A stretch of 59,724 nt of DNA, filler included, from Platydemus manokwari (lineage: Eukaryota), in assembly GCA_037951405.1 (NCBI GenBank). It is 6 parts of 6 records of this genome, joined end to end, with 100 filler letters (N's around TTAATTAATTAA, not from the genome) between each part and the next. Parts side by side here need not be neighbours in the genome. Positions count along the whole stretch, not along the records: positions 1 to 10,789 come from JBBMOY011105442.1; positions 10,890 to 22,033 come from JBBMOY010879977.1; 4 more parts are not named here. The stretch is one strand, 5' to 3'. Position numbers and translations under genes: made by a program. Positions 1 through 13,124 of this stretch are shown here, piece by piece. The notes under the pieces are model-generated. The model did not search any database, was not told the origin of the DNA, and was given only the letters and a program-made list of their open reading frames with translations. Positions within the stretch are counted from its first letter, which is position 1. Each line of letters starts with the position of its first letter.

Positions 1-510
1 CTTCCGATGGACATTACTTTGGATAACAGAATTGTACAAGATTTTCTTTAATAAACACTCAATTGTTCTAAAAAATTTTAAGTTATAGACCCAATACTTA
101 CATTTGCAAACCCATAAATTTACTTACAAGCTCTACAGCCACAAAGCCCAGTATATACAGCAATTGAACATTATCAAGTCTAGTTGTGTAAATAAATAAT
201 GCAAGCACGCAAGCACTTACCCAATAAGATAACACAATAAACAACACCTTGATTATGGATAACAAATCCGAGCGTCAATGACATCAACACCGATCAAGCC
301 ATTGATATGTAACAATAATCCGATGAGTGATCATCTTAACAAATCTTAACAATAACAGTGATATTGTGCCCTTTGTGTAAAAATGATATTGTGGTTTATT
401 AATTTAGTTTTTGTATTGTAGCCTTTTATGTGACTTTAATCATTTTACTGTACGATCAATAATTTATGAAAACATTATATTTTAATTATATTTTAATGGT
501 ATATTTTGTA

Positions 511-1316
511 TGTAAGGAAAGTAGAATAAATGAATCAACATTAAGAAATAATTATCGACACTGAGAAATCATTAATCAATAAAAATAAAACATAAATAAA
601 TGAGACGGGACAATTATATAAATTGTAAATATCAGAAATAAGGAAATATACATGGTAAAAATAAATAAATATACAAAAGAGATGAAAAGGTTATTAATTA
701 TAAGCGATAAGCATGAAATAATTATCATAATTATATGAAATAATTTCGGAATAAAGAAAGTTAAAATGTTTAATAGGTTGTAACTCGGGTTTTGTCAGAA
801 TCACGCGATGTTGATAAGATAACATTGATCTATCCCAGGAATAAGAATAAAATCCGAGACTGATAATTAAAACAAAAACAACAAACCCAAAACACATCAG
901 AAATATAATTACACAGTAATGAAAGTAATGCGACATATATATATATTATTTTGGCCTATGTAGAAACAGAAATACATCAATTTAGTAAAACAGGAGGGAA
1001 TTTTTCTTTCAAAAATAAAATTGATTTGTTTACTCCACAATGCTGCAAGTAAACCGCTATAAATAGGGAGGAAATCCGATTAAGATTGTCATTAAATAGA
1101 ATTTCGTAATCAGACAAGATAGTTTGATTACTGACTTGAACAAGAAGAAAAAAATACGAAAGTTAATTGGTCTACGAAGTGAAAATTTAACTGACGAAAT
1201 TTCAGAAAACAATAGAAACTATTAAAAACGAATTACAAAATAAAAGAATTTTACAGACAAGGACTTTTAGGTATGTATTTTTATATATCTGAAGTATATT
1301 TACGAATACCGGTACA
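511..1316 (+). mobile_element. Possible solo LTR, followed by a partial copy of its own 5' end
   Basis: Begins TGTA (511) and ends TACA (1316), with an internal TATAAATA near 1058. About 50 bp at its start (aggaaa..agaataaatgaatcaacattaagaaataattatcgacactgag) recurs at 1317-1367. No TSD identified. Confidence 0.3.
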
Positions 1317-1369
1317 AGGAAATCAGAATAAATGAATCAACATTAAGAAATAATTATCGACACTGAGGA

Positions 1370-1760
1370 ATAATTATAAATAATGATAGAACGATTAAGC
1401 CTCACGTGATTATTAATTCGAATCTATAATATTTCAGAAAAAAGAGATGAGAAAAGTGTGAATCACACGGTATAAATACAGAAGCGAAAATATTTGCAGC
1501 TAATCGAATTTGGGGGTGAGGATAATTTCATTTAAACTGAATAAACATGAGATCTTTAATAACCACTATCTGAAAGAGTAGCTAAGCTTGAACTCTAACT
1601 TTGGGAATTGTACTGCACAATTACCCCTTGAATATCAAACATAGCAATATTGAATTAACTGATAAGGTTTTAACAAAGCATCATCCAATGAAATGTGAAT
1701 ATTCAATGTATTCTGGTGGAATCGATATATATGATTTTAATTCGCTGTGACATTTGAACT
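1370..1760 (+). repeat. Dispersed degenerate repeat, copy 1 (inverted copy at ~6520-6940); probable TE relic
   Basis: Colinear similarity to the reverse complement of 6520-6940. Shared blocks include cgaatctataatatttcagaaa, gctaagcttgaactct and ccccttgaatat. Confidence 0.75.
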
Positions 1761-2119
1761 TACTGTTTTTTATTATTTTATTATTCATTTGTGCTAATAA
1801 ATATTAATATTTAAAGAAATATGTTTATTTCAGTGGAAAATGTGCATAAAAAAATAATATAAAATATCTCTATAAAACAATTTAATAATAATAAGATGAA
1901 ATTGATTTGATAATAATTTATCGAATAATAATCAATAAAAAACCCGATAATTATAAATGAGAAAGTGAAATCATTAATAATATAAAAGCAATCTATGAAT
2001 ATTTGATGGCAATAAATAAACAGCGAAATAGATCAGCATTAACAGCGCATAAGTCTCAAGAGAATGACAATAAAATAATTCAACACTCACATCTAGATAT
2101 GTGATCAATAAAATCAATA

Positions 2120-2460
2120 TTAGAGTTGTAAACTTTCGACAAAACCATTAATTCTGATTTGTTTTTTATAAATAAAAAGCAGAGAATTTGCAAAATATTA
2201 TGAAAATCCCCAGTCTAGATCACGGTAGACTCAAAATTTTTAAAAGTAAAAACACAATAGTAAGCGCAATGAACACAATCCAACAGCTTCATCAAGATTC
2301 GAATTTGGACAACAATCATTGATTCATATCAGTTAACAATTCCTCAATTTACCAACCAGGTTGAGATACCGAAAACATTAGCCAGGATTGGAAGATCGTT
2401 TAAGAAGATCAACCTTGAAAGTATACGCCAACTACCATACAGATTATTGGTCTAAGTAAG
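2120..2460 (+). mobile_element. Highly decayed C-terminal fragment of an RLE-type non-LTR retrotransposon
   Basis: Broken frames give DLFFINK.., DSNLDN.. and a PGLED/RPDW-like segment that parallel the better-preserved copy at 41950-42850. Many stops and indels. Confidence 0.3.
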
Positions 2461-4095
2461 CGACTCCTATTTGTAATACATATCGAAATCTATGTTTGGT
2501 ATTTCATTTAAAAAATTTTGACCAGAAGATCAATAATTTTGCTTTCATTTTGCTCCAATGAAACTTAGGAGTGTTATAAACCACAGCTTTCCTGGATACT
2601 TCTATATTTGTTCAAGTCTAAGTTGTCATTTAAAAGTGTATTGTAATATCAAATAAAATTGTATAAAATCAACGAGGTTGTTTTGTTTTAATACAGTGTT
2701 ACCGATATCATTAATCGATCATAATCATTATTATTTCACTACATTATTGATCTTGGAATCGTTGTCAGTTTATAGAAAAACAATAAATAATCATTATCTA
2801 TATACAAGAGCTTGACAGTTTGTGGGGAAGAAATACACATAAGAAATAAGTCTATTGATGCCTCGAGATTTCAGAACTTCGAGACTGATTTAAGATATCA
2901 TATTGTTTCAATGAATACAATATTACTTTGAATAAGAAACAAGCAACAACCCCAAAATCTATCGTAACATCAAGCGCAGATATTTTTAATATTTATAAAC
3001 ATATATAAATTCGAAAATATCTCTAAGGCAATGCTGTTATCTACAAGTTACCTCACTGTTTTTCTCACGATATCATTTTTCAGAGATAAACTGTTTAAGA
3101 ATTTTAGTTCTACTTATTGTTGGAAATCTACATCAATACAACAATCAAAAAGGCAATCAAAGTCACAGAAATGTATTAATGAAATATCGTGAAATAATAA
3201 TTAAATGATAAATGTGATTTGATAAATATGAATCGATGTGATCCATAATAATAAATGAACTCCACATTTCGGAAAGAAACAAGGTAACAATTTCATTTAA
3301 TTCAAGATAAATAAAGCTTTCACGTAAGAAGAGGACATCACAAAGAAGATTAAACAGCTAATTTCTGTCACAGGAAACATTTCAAGAAGAAAATAAGAAA
3401 TCTTATTTACTTTGAAAGGCAACCTTAGATTAAATAAAAAACAAATTCTAATACCAACAGATAAACAGATCAGTAACAAATCGAATATGGAACTCGAATT
3501 CCGAGCAAACGATAAATGTAAAATCATTATGATTATTATTTTTGCTAACCAGGATCAATGGTTAATACTAAATAAACTTGTTGGATGGCACACAAATCAA
3601 TATCTCTTTGCATTCAAATCAAAATTCTAAATCAATTTCTTAGTGCATCTGAATCAATCTTTCTACAAATTCTTACATATCTAAAATCACCAAAAAATCC
3701 CCTCATCCAATTCCTACATTTTTCTGAAATTTTCAATTTCGCAAATCTTCAATCTTCATCACCCTACAAAAATTTTTAATCAACTATTGAAGAAATTTGA
3801 ACTAATTTGCTCTTTATTTTTTATTCTTTGTCATTGAGTTATGTCTCTATTTTTATTTTTTGTCCTAAATAATTGTATCTTGTGATTGAATGGAATCTTT
3901 GTGTATGGAATTCTTTTAGATTGTAAATCGGTGAGGATATCAATAAGAGGCGACAAAAGTTTAATAAATTCTTTAAACAACAAATTATAATTTAAAAGAA
4001 AAACTAAATAAATAACGATAGTGGGCTGATGAATAATGTCACCAAATAATAATATCAATAGAATGAAATGTTAAACAATAATAAGTAATGTAGTA

Positions 4096-4098
<3 letters not shown>

Positions 4099-4135
<37 letters not shown>

Positions 4136-4165
4136 TAATAATAACAATAATAATAACAATAATAA
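4099..4165. repeat. (AAT)n/(AAC) microsatellite
   Basis: Direct reading. It explains the spurious poly-Ile ORF 4071-4253. Confidence 0.95.
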
Positions 4166-4859
4166 AAGCACTAATAATAGTACAAATTCTGAGAAAAATC
4201 AAAAATTGACAGGTTACAGCAAGAAAATAGCAATGATAGTAAAATAATAACAAAATAAGTGCTTATCTGGTCTAAAAAATGTGTGAGAAACATAAGTTAG
4301 AAAAAATTGTCACGCACTTTTTAAGTAAACAAAATTAGTGACGGCATTGAGCCAGAAAAAATCGAAAAAAATAAAATTAAAAAAATATTTGAGCTCAAAA
4401 TAAATTTTTGGTAATAAAACACAAAAAACAAATTCTAATTCAGAAGAGATTTTCGTGGAAGGTTCCAACAACAACAAAAATGACATTTGCCGAAGGTTTA
4501 TTCTCTAGCCACAGTTCGCATTTGCTACAACGAGACAGTCAAAATTTTTGTTGTAACAATTAATTAATAAGATTAACCTTTAGATTTCTTCAGCAGATTT
4601 TCCGTTAGCTTCGTTCTCATACGAGCTACTGAAGCCCTCTAGGACCAGGTTAAGCAGTCGAATGAACAATCAACCACATAATTAATAAACTGTAAAGTCT
4701 TAATGAATATGGAACTCAAGCTCCTAACGAACGGTATATGCAAAATCATATTAATAATAATTTTCACTAACCAGTACTGTTAATTTGTAGCAAATAAATT
4801 GTAAAAACTTGGGGGGAGATATACTTCGCCGTTTTCAGACTTTATACTATGAAATGATC

Positions 4860-5340
4860 AAAGCATTCACAAATGACATTCAGGAAACAACTCTTTTACT
4901 TAACAGGGATGCTGTTGAATAAGATAACTACGAAATTAAAGTGGATACATATAGTTGAATAATATTGGTTGAAACTATATGTCAAAAGTTCATGTACGCA
5001 GCTATCATAACAACGCACTAAACACAAAGAGGAAATCGTTGGATAATTCAATTTTCAACAACTTAAATTACTTGGAAGGGGTAGAGAAATACTTTAGGGA
5101 AAGCAAGATTATTACTTCAATCTAAATATATAATTAATTCACCCTTCACAATTAAAAAGATCACACCAACAACCTTACAACTTAAATTAAAGGAACCATC
5201 ATTACCACTAAAAGCTGCAAAAATTTCACCTAACTGGAATAGATTTACCACATCGAATAGATATAAACATGAAAAGTGGTATGCAATGTGTGTTACAAGT
5301 ATAAAAATCCATAACGTTACCAGAGGATTGAAAAAGGAAG
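4860..5340 (+). mobile_element. Decayed Gypsy integrase C-terminal (GPY/F) fragment
   Basis: One frame reads SPFTIKKITPTTLQLKL, resembling the GPF.I.K....TY.L.L motif. Surrounded by stops. Confidence 0.35.
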
Positions 5341-5754
5341 AGATTATGTTTCTTTTAAAATATTTTATCATTGAAACTAGTGCTGTTACAGTGATTTTTG
5401 GTTACAAATGCGCAGCATTTAAATAATCTGTTTTTAATAAATTTTATTCTATTTTTAGAATCAACAAATTATTACATGGGCAGCCATTTTAGAATTACCA
5501 ACAAAATGCGAGCATGTTTCGAATTGAGACGAAATATCGATACCAATTTGGATAAATATAAAGAAACATCTCAATCCATACACACTTGCTAGCAAGATTT
5601 GAAATGAAAACTTATCAAGGTGACATCTTAGATTTGCCAACAATTTTTTGGATCAATAATTCAATTGAATAAATTCATTTTTAAAATTAAAAAACAAATT
5701 TCGAAATGAAAAATCAATAAATGTGAAACAATAATAAATAATGTTTATATATAA

Positions 5755-5960
5755 CTCACGTGTTTGGTACACAATCAAATCAACCAAAATGTTGGCCACA
5801 GCATATCTGAATATCATCATCAACATTATTCCAATAAATCCATCCCGTTGTCTTTGTAAAACTTAGAAGCTTCCTTCAGATGCACTGCTTTACAAATGAA
5901 AAATAAATCTTTAAAATTGAAATAAGTTGACAAAATATAATTTCGAAAAAATCCTTACTT
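5755..5960 (-). pseudogene. C-type lectin relic, head-to-head with the intact lectin
   Basis: Minus strand gives LKEASKFYKDNGMDLLE* and IFRYAVAN, matching domain 4 of the 7533-9956 gene (FEDAGNFCKDKEMELV; VFKYAKSQ). It keeps tttgtcaacttatt from the signal exon and a gtgag donor. Carries stops and deletions. Confidence 0.6.
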
Positions 5961-6519
5961 TCTATCATCGATATATTGGAAAATTATCGAGTTGTTCATG
6001 TGTTAAACATGCAAGTGATTTCACAAGTCATGACAAGCGTGATTATTGAATGACTCTGTCATGAAACATTCAATTGTTTATTTCTAATTTTCTATTGGAG
6101 CATTGAAGTGATGAGTCAATTTGCTGTCAATCGGACATGGAGTGCAATGGAAATAACGTGAAATATATTATATTGAGTATTGTTTCTGGATTTAATCACC
6201 AATCAATAATATTTGAAAGGAGGATGTTTGGCAACTAATAGCGTTTAATGTTGAGGATATTTGCAAAACAAATGTATTTCAATTCAAGTAGATGGGAGGT
6301 TAATAAGTAGTGCATTGAAATACATTGAATCGATAATTTTCATTTCTGAAATATTTATCCAATGAGAGATGATAATAATAATTAGACACTGTACGAATGT
6401 CAATACTCTATGATTGTGAAGGAATACATGGAGCGTTTATCCAGGGGACTATTTATCAATAATGCTCATTGCTAATTGCACTATAGATTTAAAACTGATC
6501 AATATTTTGGCTTTCAAAT

Positions 6520-6940
6520 ATTTCAAATTCCCAAGAGAATTAAAATCATATAAACCGATTCTGACATACACATTGAATATTTATATTTTCATTGGATAAT
6601 GCTTTGTTGATACTTTAGCAGATAATTCAATATGGTTTATCGATGCCAGGTTCCATATTCAAGGGGTGATAATGCAGTACAATTTCCATTGACAGAGTTC
6701 AAGCTTAGCCACTCATTCAGGTAGTGCATATTAAAGATCTTATGTTTATTCAGCTTAAATGCAATTATCCTTACCCACGAGATTGATTAGGTGCAAATAT
6801 TTGTTTCTGCCTCTTTTCATTTTCGCTTCTCTATTTATAATGTGTGATCCAAACTTGTCTCATCTCATTTCTGAAATATTATAGATTCGTATTGGTAATC
6901 ACATTTGTTTAGTAGTTCGATCATTGTTTGAAATTATTCT
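6520..6940 (-). repeat. Dispersed degenerate repeat, copy 2 (see 1370-1760)
   Basis: Reverse-complement similarity to 1370-1760. Confidence 0.75.
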
Positions 6941-7453
6941 TTATTGATTTGGTTGAATTTATTTCAAGATTTGACTTGTGAACCAATATTTACTTGATCT
7001 CTTTTATTGTAGCGTTCTGAATAAAATTATTTCAATAATATTTATAGTTTATGGACTAATGTTTAATAATATTACTCAACGGAACTCATTTTTCCCAATG
7101 TTCCGCTCTTATTCAGCTCTATCAATCGATATTTCTTTTCATTCCTTCAAAAATAATGTTCCTAATATTCTAGGCATCTTGCTTGATAGCTTCATTATCC
7201 CATTGATTTCCTATAAGTTATTGAAGATTTTTTCGTCATTGAATGAATTAATTTATAATTTTTAATATTTGCACTTTTATAAAATATTTAAAAGTAATTT
7301 CATATAACATTCCACATTGTTTTCAATTCAAAACTTGACTAAGATTGTGACTTATTCTGATTCACATTAACTTCACTAACTAATTCAAAAATTTAATAAA
7401 AGATTCGAAATGTCCAATTGATTTTTCACGACATCAGTTAAATCACAGTTCTA

Positions 7454-7476
7454 ATGACCTGTGAAATCACTTGCAT
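7454..7476 (+). promoter_or_regulatory. Conserved upstream element of the C-type lectin gene
   Basis: ATGACCTGTGAAATCACTTGCAT lies 57-79 bp upstream of the ATG. A 22/23 match lies upstream of the lectin relic (6009-6031, minus strand). Confidence 0.5.
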
Positions 7477-7532
7477 ATTATTATTTAATATAAAAACAAA
7501 TCGATATTTTTTCAATCCATCAATAGTAAACA

Positions 7533-9956
7533 ATGACAATTCTTGTTCAAATATTTTTCATTGTTTCTGTTTGTCAACTTATTCAAGGTAAATCAATTAT
7601 TGAATATTGATTTTGATAAATATTTATAATCGATATTTGTTTGTAATCAATCAATCAATCAATTTGTTTTGATTATTTATATTTAGCTAACGTATCCTTT
7701 GAACATGCTGCAGAAAAACTATCTTTCTATGACGCGGTTAATTTCTGCAAAACACGATTCAAGACTCTACCGAGAATCAACAATGCTGAGAAAAATGTAA
7801 AATTTTATTACTTCTAGTCATCGATTAAAATTCAATGTAATGTTTGTTAAGAACTTAGTTCTCCAGTATGCAAGAGATAACAATTTAATATTGTATTGGA
7901 TCGATGGAAACGACATTTCAGTAGAACGCAGATGGGTGGATTCGAATCACAAAGAAATTTCGTACACGTAATACGATTTTCTTATATTTTAAGACATTTA
8001 AAATTGATTGTTTCCATAGAAACTGGAACAATAAGCAACCTGATGGTGGTCGAAATGAAAATTGTTTGAATGGTGATAGAAATCAAAACGGATTATGGAA
8101 TGATCTTGCTTGCAGTAAAATGATTCACGTAATATGTGAAAAAGATTACGAAATCACAGGTAATACAAATCGCTAAACATTGTGATGCATTTTCAGTTTT
8201 GAATATTGAATTTAATAATTATTTGTAATCAATATTTATTTGTAATCAATCAATAAATTAGTTTGTTTTGATTATTTATAATTAGCTAAGATGCCCTTTG
8301 AACACGCCCCAATAAAACTATCATACAACAGTGCTGTTAATTTCTGCAAATCACGATTCAAGACTCTACCGCGAATAAATGATGTTGATAAAAATGTAAA
8401 ATTTCATTTGTTCTAATCATCAATAAAAATTCAATTTTCGTTAAGAATTTAGTCCACCAATATGCAAGTGACAACAAATTAGTATTGTATTGGATCGATG
8501 GGAACGATATTGCAGTAGAAGGCAAATGGGTGGATTCGAATCACAAAGAACTTTCGTACACGTAAAACGATTTTCGTATATTTTAAGACATTTAAAAGTG
8601 ATTGTTTCCATAGAAACTGGAATAGTAAGCAACCTGATGGTGGTCGAAATGAAAATTGTTTGAATGGTGATAGCAATCAAAACGGATTATGGAATGATCT
8701 TGCTTGCAGTCAAATGATTCACGTAATATGTGAAAAAGATTACGAAATCATAGGTAATACGATTCGCTAAACATTGTGATGCATTTTCAGTTTTGAATAT
8801 TGAATTTAATAATTATTTGTAATCAATCAATAAATTAGTTTGTTTTGATTATTTATATTTAGCTAAGATGCCCTTTGAACACGCCGCAATAAAACTATCT
8901 TTCAACAACGCTGTTAATTTCTGCAAATCACGATTCAAGACTCTACCGAGAATAAATGATGTTGATAAAAATGTAAAATTTCATTTGTTCTAATTATCAA
9001 TAAAAATTCAATTTTCGATAAGAACTTAGTCCATCAATATGCAAGAGATAACAATTTAATATTGTATTGGATCGATGGAAACGACATTGCAGTAGAACGC
9101 AGATGGGTGGATTCGAATAACAAAGAACTTTCGTACACGTAAAACGATTTTCGTATATTTTAAGAAATTTAAAAGTGATTGTTTCCATAGAAACTGGGAC
9201 AGTAAGCAACCTGATGGTGGTCGAAAGGAAAATTGTTTGAATGGAAATAAGAATCAAAATGGTTTATGGAATGACCTTGCTTGTAGTGAAATGATTCACG
9301 TTATTTGTGAACAAGATTATGTAATCACAGGTAAAACAAATCGTTGAATATTGTGATTGATTTTCATTTTTGTGATTGATTCGATATTTGAAATTGAGAT
9401 AACACTTTCGATTATTTTCAGAGAACCAATTTGGAATCAATTACTTATCAACTCGAAATAAAATGGACTTTGAAGATGCTGGTAATTTTTGTAAAGACAA
9501 AGAAATGGAATTAGTAAAGATCGATAATGCGGATACCAATGTTTGCAAATAATTACAATTTTTATTTTTAGATTTATTGGAATTAATTTTTAGACGGCGG
9601 TATTTAAATATGCTAAAAGCCAAAATCTGGGACGGTTTTGGATCAATGCTAACGATATTGCTAAAGAAGGCAGTTGGGTAGATTTAGATAATAATTGTGT
9701 TCCATTCAGGTGAGTTATATAATTGCCAATAATTTAATAATCACGATCTGTAATTGAATACAGGAATTGGAATAATTTACAACCGGATAATTCAAATGTG
9801 GAGAATTGTGCTGAAGGAGGATTCGATAACACTGAATTTTGGAACGATATAGCTTGCAGTATGGGTCATTCTGTGATTTGTCAAGAAAAACCAAGAGAAT
9901 GCCAATTTTATCCATTCCAAGCTTTAACTACATCTGACTATGTTGATGAGAAATAA
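7533..9956 (+). CDS. Secreted C-type lectin with four tandem CTLDs, 13 exons
   Basis: Signal exon 7533-7587 (MTILVQIFFIVSVCQLIQA). Each CTLD is encoded by 3 exons with GT-AG introns; domains start at 7687, 8286, 8863 and 9422. Motifs A.NFC, WIDGND/WINAND, NW...QPD, ENC, WNDLAC/WNDIAC, VICE/VICQ. The spliced frame is open to TAA at 9954-9956. No transmembrane segment. Confidence 0.93.
7590..9350 (+). repeat. Three-unit tandem repeat (periods 599 and 577 bp) covering exons and introns of CTLD1-3
   Basis: Near-identical exons and introns recur. This explains the duplicated antisense ORFs at 8441-8680 and 8997-9257. Confidence 0.95.
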
Positions 9957-10199
9957 ATTTTGTTCATTGACAAATGTTAGAAAACATTAAGCCCTTCCTT
10001 TCATTTGATTCATCTGGATTTCACAATTATTTCAAGTTCGTCGAGATATTTTACAAATGAGGTGATTAATGATTATTTTTATTGTATTTAGAAAATTTAT
10101 TAAGCGACAATTTTGCGCCCATATGAAATTATGTCTTGAACACATTGACTTTTATAAATCAATATCGACCGTTAACATTTGAAGGCTAAAACCAGAACT

Positions 10200-10640
10200 A
10201 TCAATATTATATAGTAATGATAGTGTTATTCCAAAAAAAATCGAAGGTTGGAACACAGCTGACTCCAAAGCTCATCAAAACACCCTATAAATCGAATACA
10301 AACACAGTAATATTCAGCTTTCAACTTAAAAGTATAACATTGTAATAATATAAAATTTCAATTGGGACTTTTAGATGAAAACATTATATTATTATATGGA
10401 GTGGAATATAATAAATTTGAGGACAAATGCTTGTTTTTACAAAGTGATTTGGAATATATTATCATCTTACAGCAGACAGTGAAGGCCTTCAGTTCAGTTG
10501 AGCAAGGAAATTACTGTTATGAAGTGTCAACATTGAGGAGGGTGATTGATAGAATGTCCATATAGAACTCGAAACCAGTGAATTTACTCGCGTAATTATT
10601 CGAGCATTATGTATGAACAGCTGTAATACTTTTGTAAAAG
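10200..10640 (+). mobile_element. Possible hAT transposase relic
   Basis: VIPKKIEGWNT (cf. P..TRWNS) followed by LEYIIILQQTVKAF..EQGNY (cf. EY..IL.P..A...LQGE). Degenerate. Confidence 0.3.
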
Positions 10641-10685
10641 TTTTTGAATCATAATTTTTTCTAAGATGCTGCATTAAATTATTTG

Positions 10686-10687
<2 letters not shown>

Positions 10688-10742
<55 letters not shown>
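10688..10742. repeat. Compound (TA)n(TG)n microsatellite
   Basis: Direct reading. Confidence 0.95.
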
Positions 10743-10789
10743 TTGCACATAATTTATTATAGATCCAATATATAAAATTACATCCTATA

Positions 10790-10889
10790 NNNNNNNNNNN
10801 NNNNNNNNNNNNNNNNNNNNNNNNNNNNNNNNNTTAATTAATTAANNNNNNNNNNNNNNNNNNNNNNNNNNNNNNNNNNNNNNNNNNNN
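10790..10889. other. Artificial contig spacer (44N-TTAATTAATTAA-44N)
   Basis: Exactly 100 bp. The 12-mer has stops in all six frames. Identical spacer occurs five times. Confidence 0.97.
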
Positions 10890-10985
10890 GAAGAAAATCA
10901 ATCATTGAGAAATCAACAACGACGAGTGATGGAATCTTCTAGAAGAATTGATATGCAGAAAAGACGGAATGACTTTTTCAATTAA
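10890..10985 (+). CDS. Orphan small-protein family, copy A (3' end only; cut by spacer)
   Basis: EENQSLRNQQRRVMESSRRIDMQKRRNDFFN*. Nearly identical to the end of 14031-14396, including the 3' flank. Confidence 0.6.
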   Translation, partial: EENQSLRNQQRRVMESSRRIDMQKRRNDFFN

Positions 10986-13124
10986 AGAAGATATATTTTA
11001 TTTTCAATTCGTCACAAATAAATATTTATTATGTTTTTAATAAATCAAATGAGATATCAAAATTGATCCATCTTTTATGTTTTTCAATTCGATTGTTTGA
11101 ATGTATGTCAGTATTGTTTGAGGTGATTCGTACATTTTTTATTTCAAATCTTACGAGATATATTTAAGCCTGGTCGATATGGTTATCATCCTTTTATGAC
11201 AACTTACAAGTTCTAATTAGATTTGTATATAATTCATCCATATCTATATAAATGAAAAACGTTCACCTCAATGCAAATATCTGAGCAAATTTCTAAAATG
11301 CCATAATTCAGAATAATTACATTAAAACATTTTAAGAAATCTAAATAAAAATTTTTTTTTGAAAAACCGATACCAACAATCTTATAAGGCAATTTATAAC
11401 AACGAATAATAGCTAGTATTAATCTGTCTTATTTTCACTTCAAATTTGTTTAATTTGTAAACGAAATAATCAACAAAATGAAAACACAACATTTAAATAA
11501 ATAAGTTCAAATTATTTGGCTAAAGTTAAAAGTCAAAAAAGAGTATTTAATTAAATTCTTTAATAACATTTTGAATTTTTTTTAAGTACTTGTGTAAAAT
11601 TTTTAGTTATTTAGAATCAAAAAATACATGCACAGGATTTTTAAAATCTCTTAAAAATAATTTATTTGAAAAACGGATCAAAGTAGGTCAAAATGCATTT
11701 AATTGAAAATTAGCGAGGACCACTTCTTTCAACATTAGAGGCAATCGGAATGATTTATAAGATTTTTAGAGTTATTTTTATAAAAAAGTGACTTCGAAGG
11801 ATTGAAAGGAACAAGGTACTTGTGTCACAAATATATAAGTTTCGGAATTTAAATAGGGACTTGTTTCAAGAATTCAGCCTGTCCCTTTTCGACATTCTAA
11901 ATAAAGTATTTTTGGTGCACGGTGCTTACACAAAAAATTATATTTACATAATGATTTCCATTAGAAAACTAACAATCAACAAATAATGACAATTTTTGTT
12001 AAAATAAAATCAACAATTTAAAATTATTTGTAGATTTCTCGTCATTAAAGAAATATCTTGGCATAAAAATATAATTCTAGTTCTAAATATCGTCATAGAA
12101 ATTGACGATAAATGTTTTGAAAGTGCCAAATATAGTATTAGGCATCGAAGACTTGGTTTTTAATTGTTAGAGTTGAGTTTTGGTTTTTAATTTCATTAAA
12201 ATATGATTACAAATAAATGTTAATATCAACTAACTCACGAGGAATCATTACTTTATAATTTGGTCAAAGGACCTTTTTTCTTAACTTAAGCCAATTATTT
12301 ATAAGAATCTAATTTAAATAAAAGACAAAACAAAAATTATTTTAACAGAAATATTATTCACTTAAGTAATCATTTTGACATGAAATTTAATTTTTAATAT
12401 ATTGGTAATTAAATTAATTTAAATTTCTATAATTTTTAATAATGTTTGAATCTTGTGTTCGACATAACCATAAACATAATTGTCAATTCATTCAATCCCT
12501 AGTTCTTGAATCATCTGATCCTTGATTTTATTCAATAATAATATTAATATATTTGAACACAATTTAACCGAGTTTCGTTAAATTATTACATTTTTTGTAT
12601 AACCTTATATTTATTTACAGAGAAAAAATATAACAGCCGTTGAAATCAGACACGAAAATATAAATACAGATATAGGATATAAAGATACTGAGTTAATCAA
12701 ACATGTTTTAGAAAATGATGTAAACCGGGATAAATTAATTCAGAAATATTTAACCTAGCATATAAGGACTTAATCCAAAACCTATTACCCAAAAATGGAA
12801 TTAAAAGCATCAAATAACAAGTATCTTCAAATTTTAATAATATAAATGCTAACATTTTAATAGCATAGTCGGGAGAATAAAATGTATTTTTTTAATTGAT
12901 GGTGATAGATCAAAATTAATGAAACTAATTACTGAAGACCTTGATACATCAGATTTCGACATGATCCCGTGGTACATTAAAAGATATCCTCTCTGAACCC
13001 CAAACGTATAATTCAATTGTGATAGCATGCCATATAGCTGAAGTAAATATAAAAATGAATTTGCTTTACCAAATGACAATCAAAATAATACGGTTGAATT
13101 ATAATGTAAGTGTTGAATTACTTA

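Noticed and set aside
2481-2493. TATCGAAATCTAT resembling my recollection of a planarian spliced-leader segment, just after an RLE relic
   Set aside because: Only 13 AT-rich nt, with no flanking similarity, ATG|GT junction or Sm site.
4071-4253. Poly-Ile membrane peptide ORF
   Set aside because: Translation of an (ATT)n microsatellite.
3485-4778. ~70-bp diverged direct repeat (3485-3557, 4707-4778) as duplicated exons
   Set aside because: No consistent open frame or splice signals; probably TE debris.
8441-9257. Duplicated minus-strand ORFs
   Set aside because: Antisense shadows of the lectin exons.
7590-9350. CRISPR-like or satellite array
   Set aside because: The units are ~590-bp exon-intron cassettes of a lectin gene, with no short repeat-spacer pattern.
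10834-10845. Regularly recurring palindrome TTAATTAATTAA as a biological repeat
   Set aside because: Always centred in 44N flanks; it is a six-frame-stop assembly linker.
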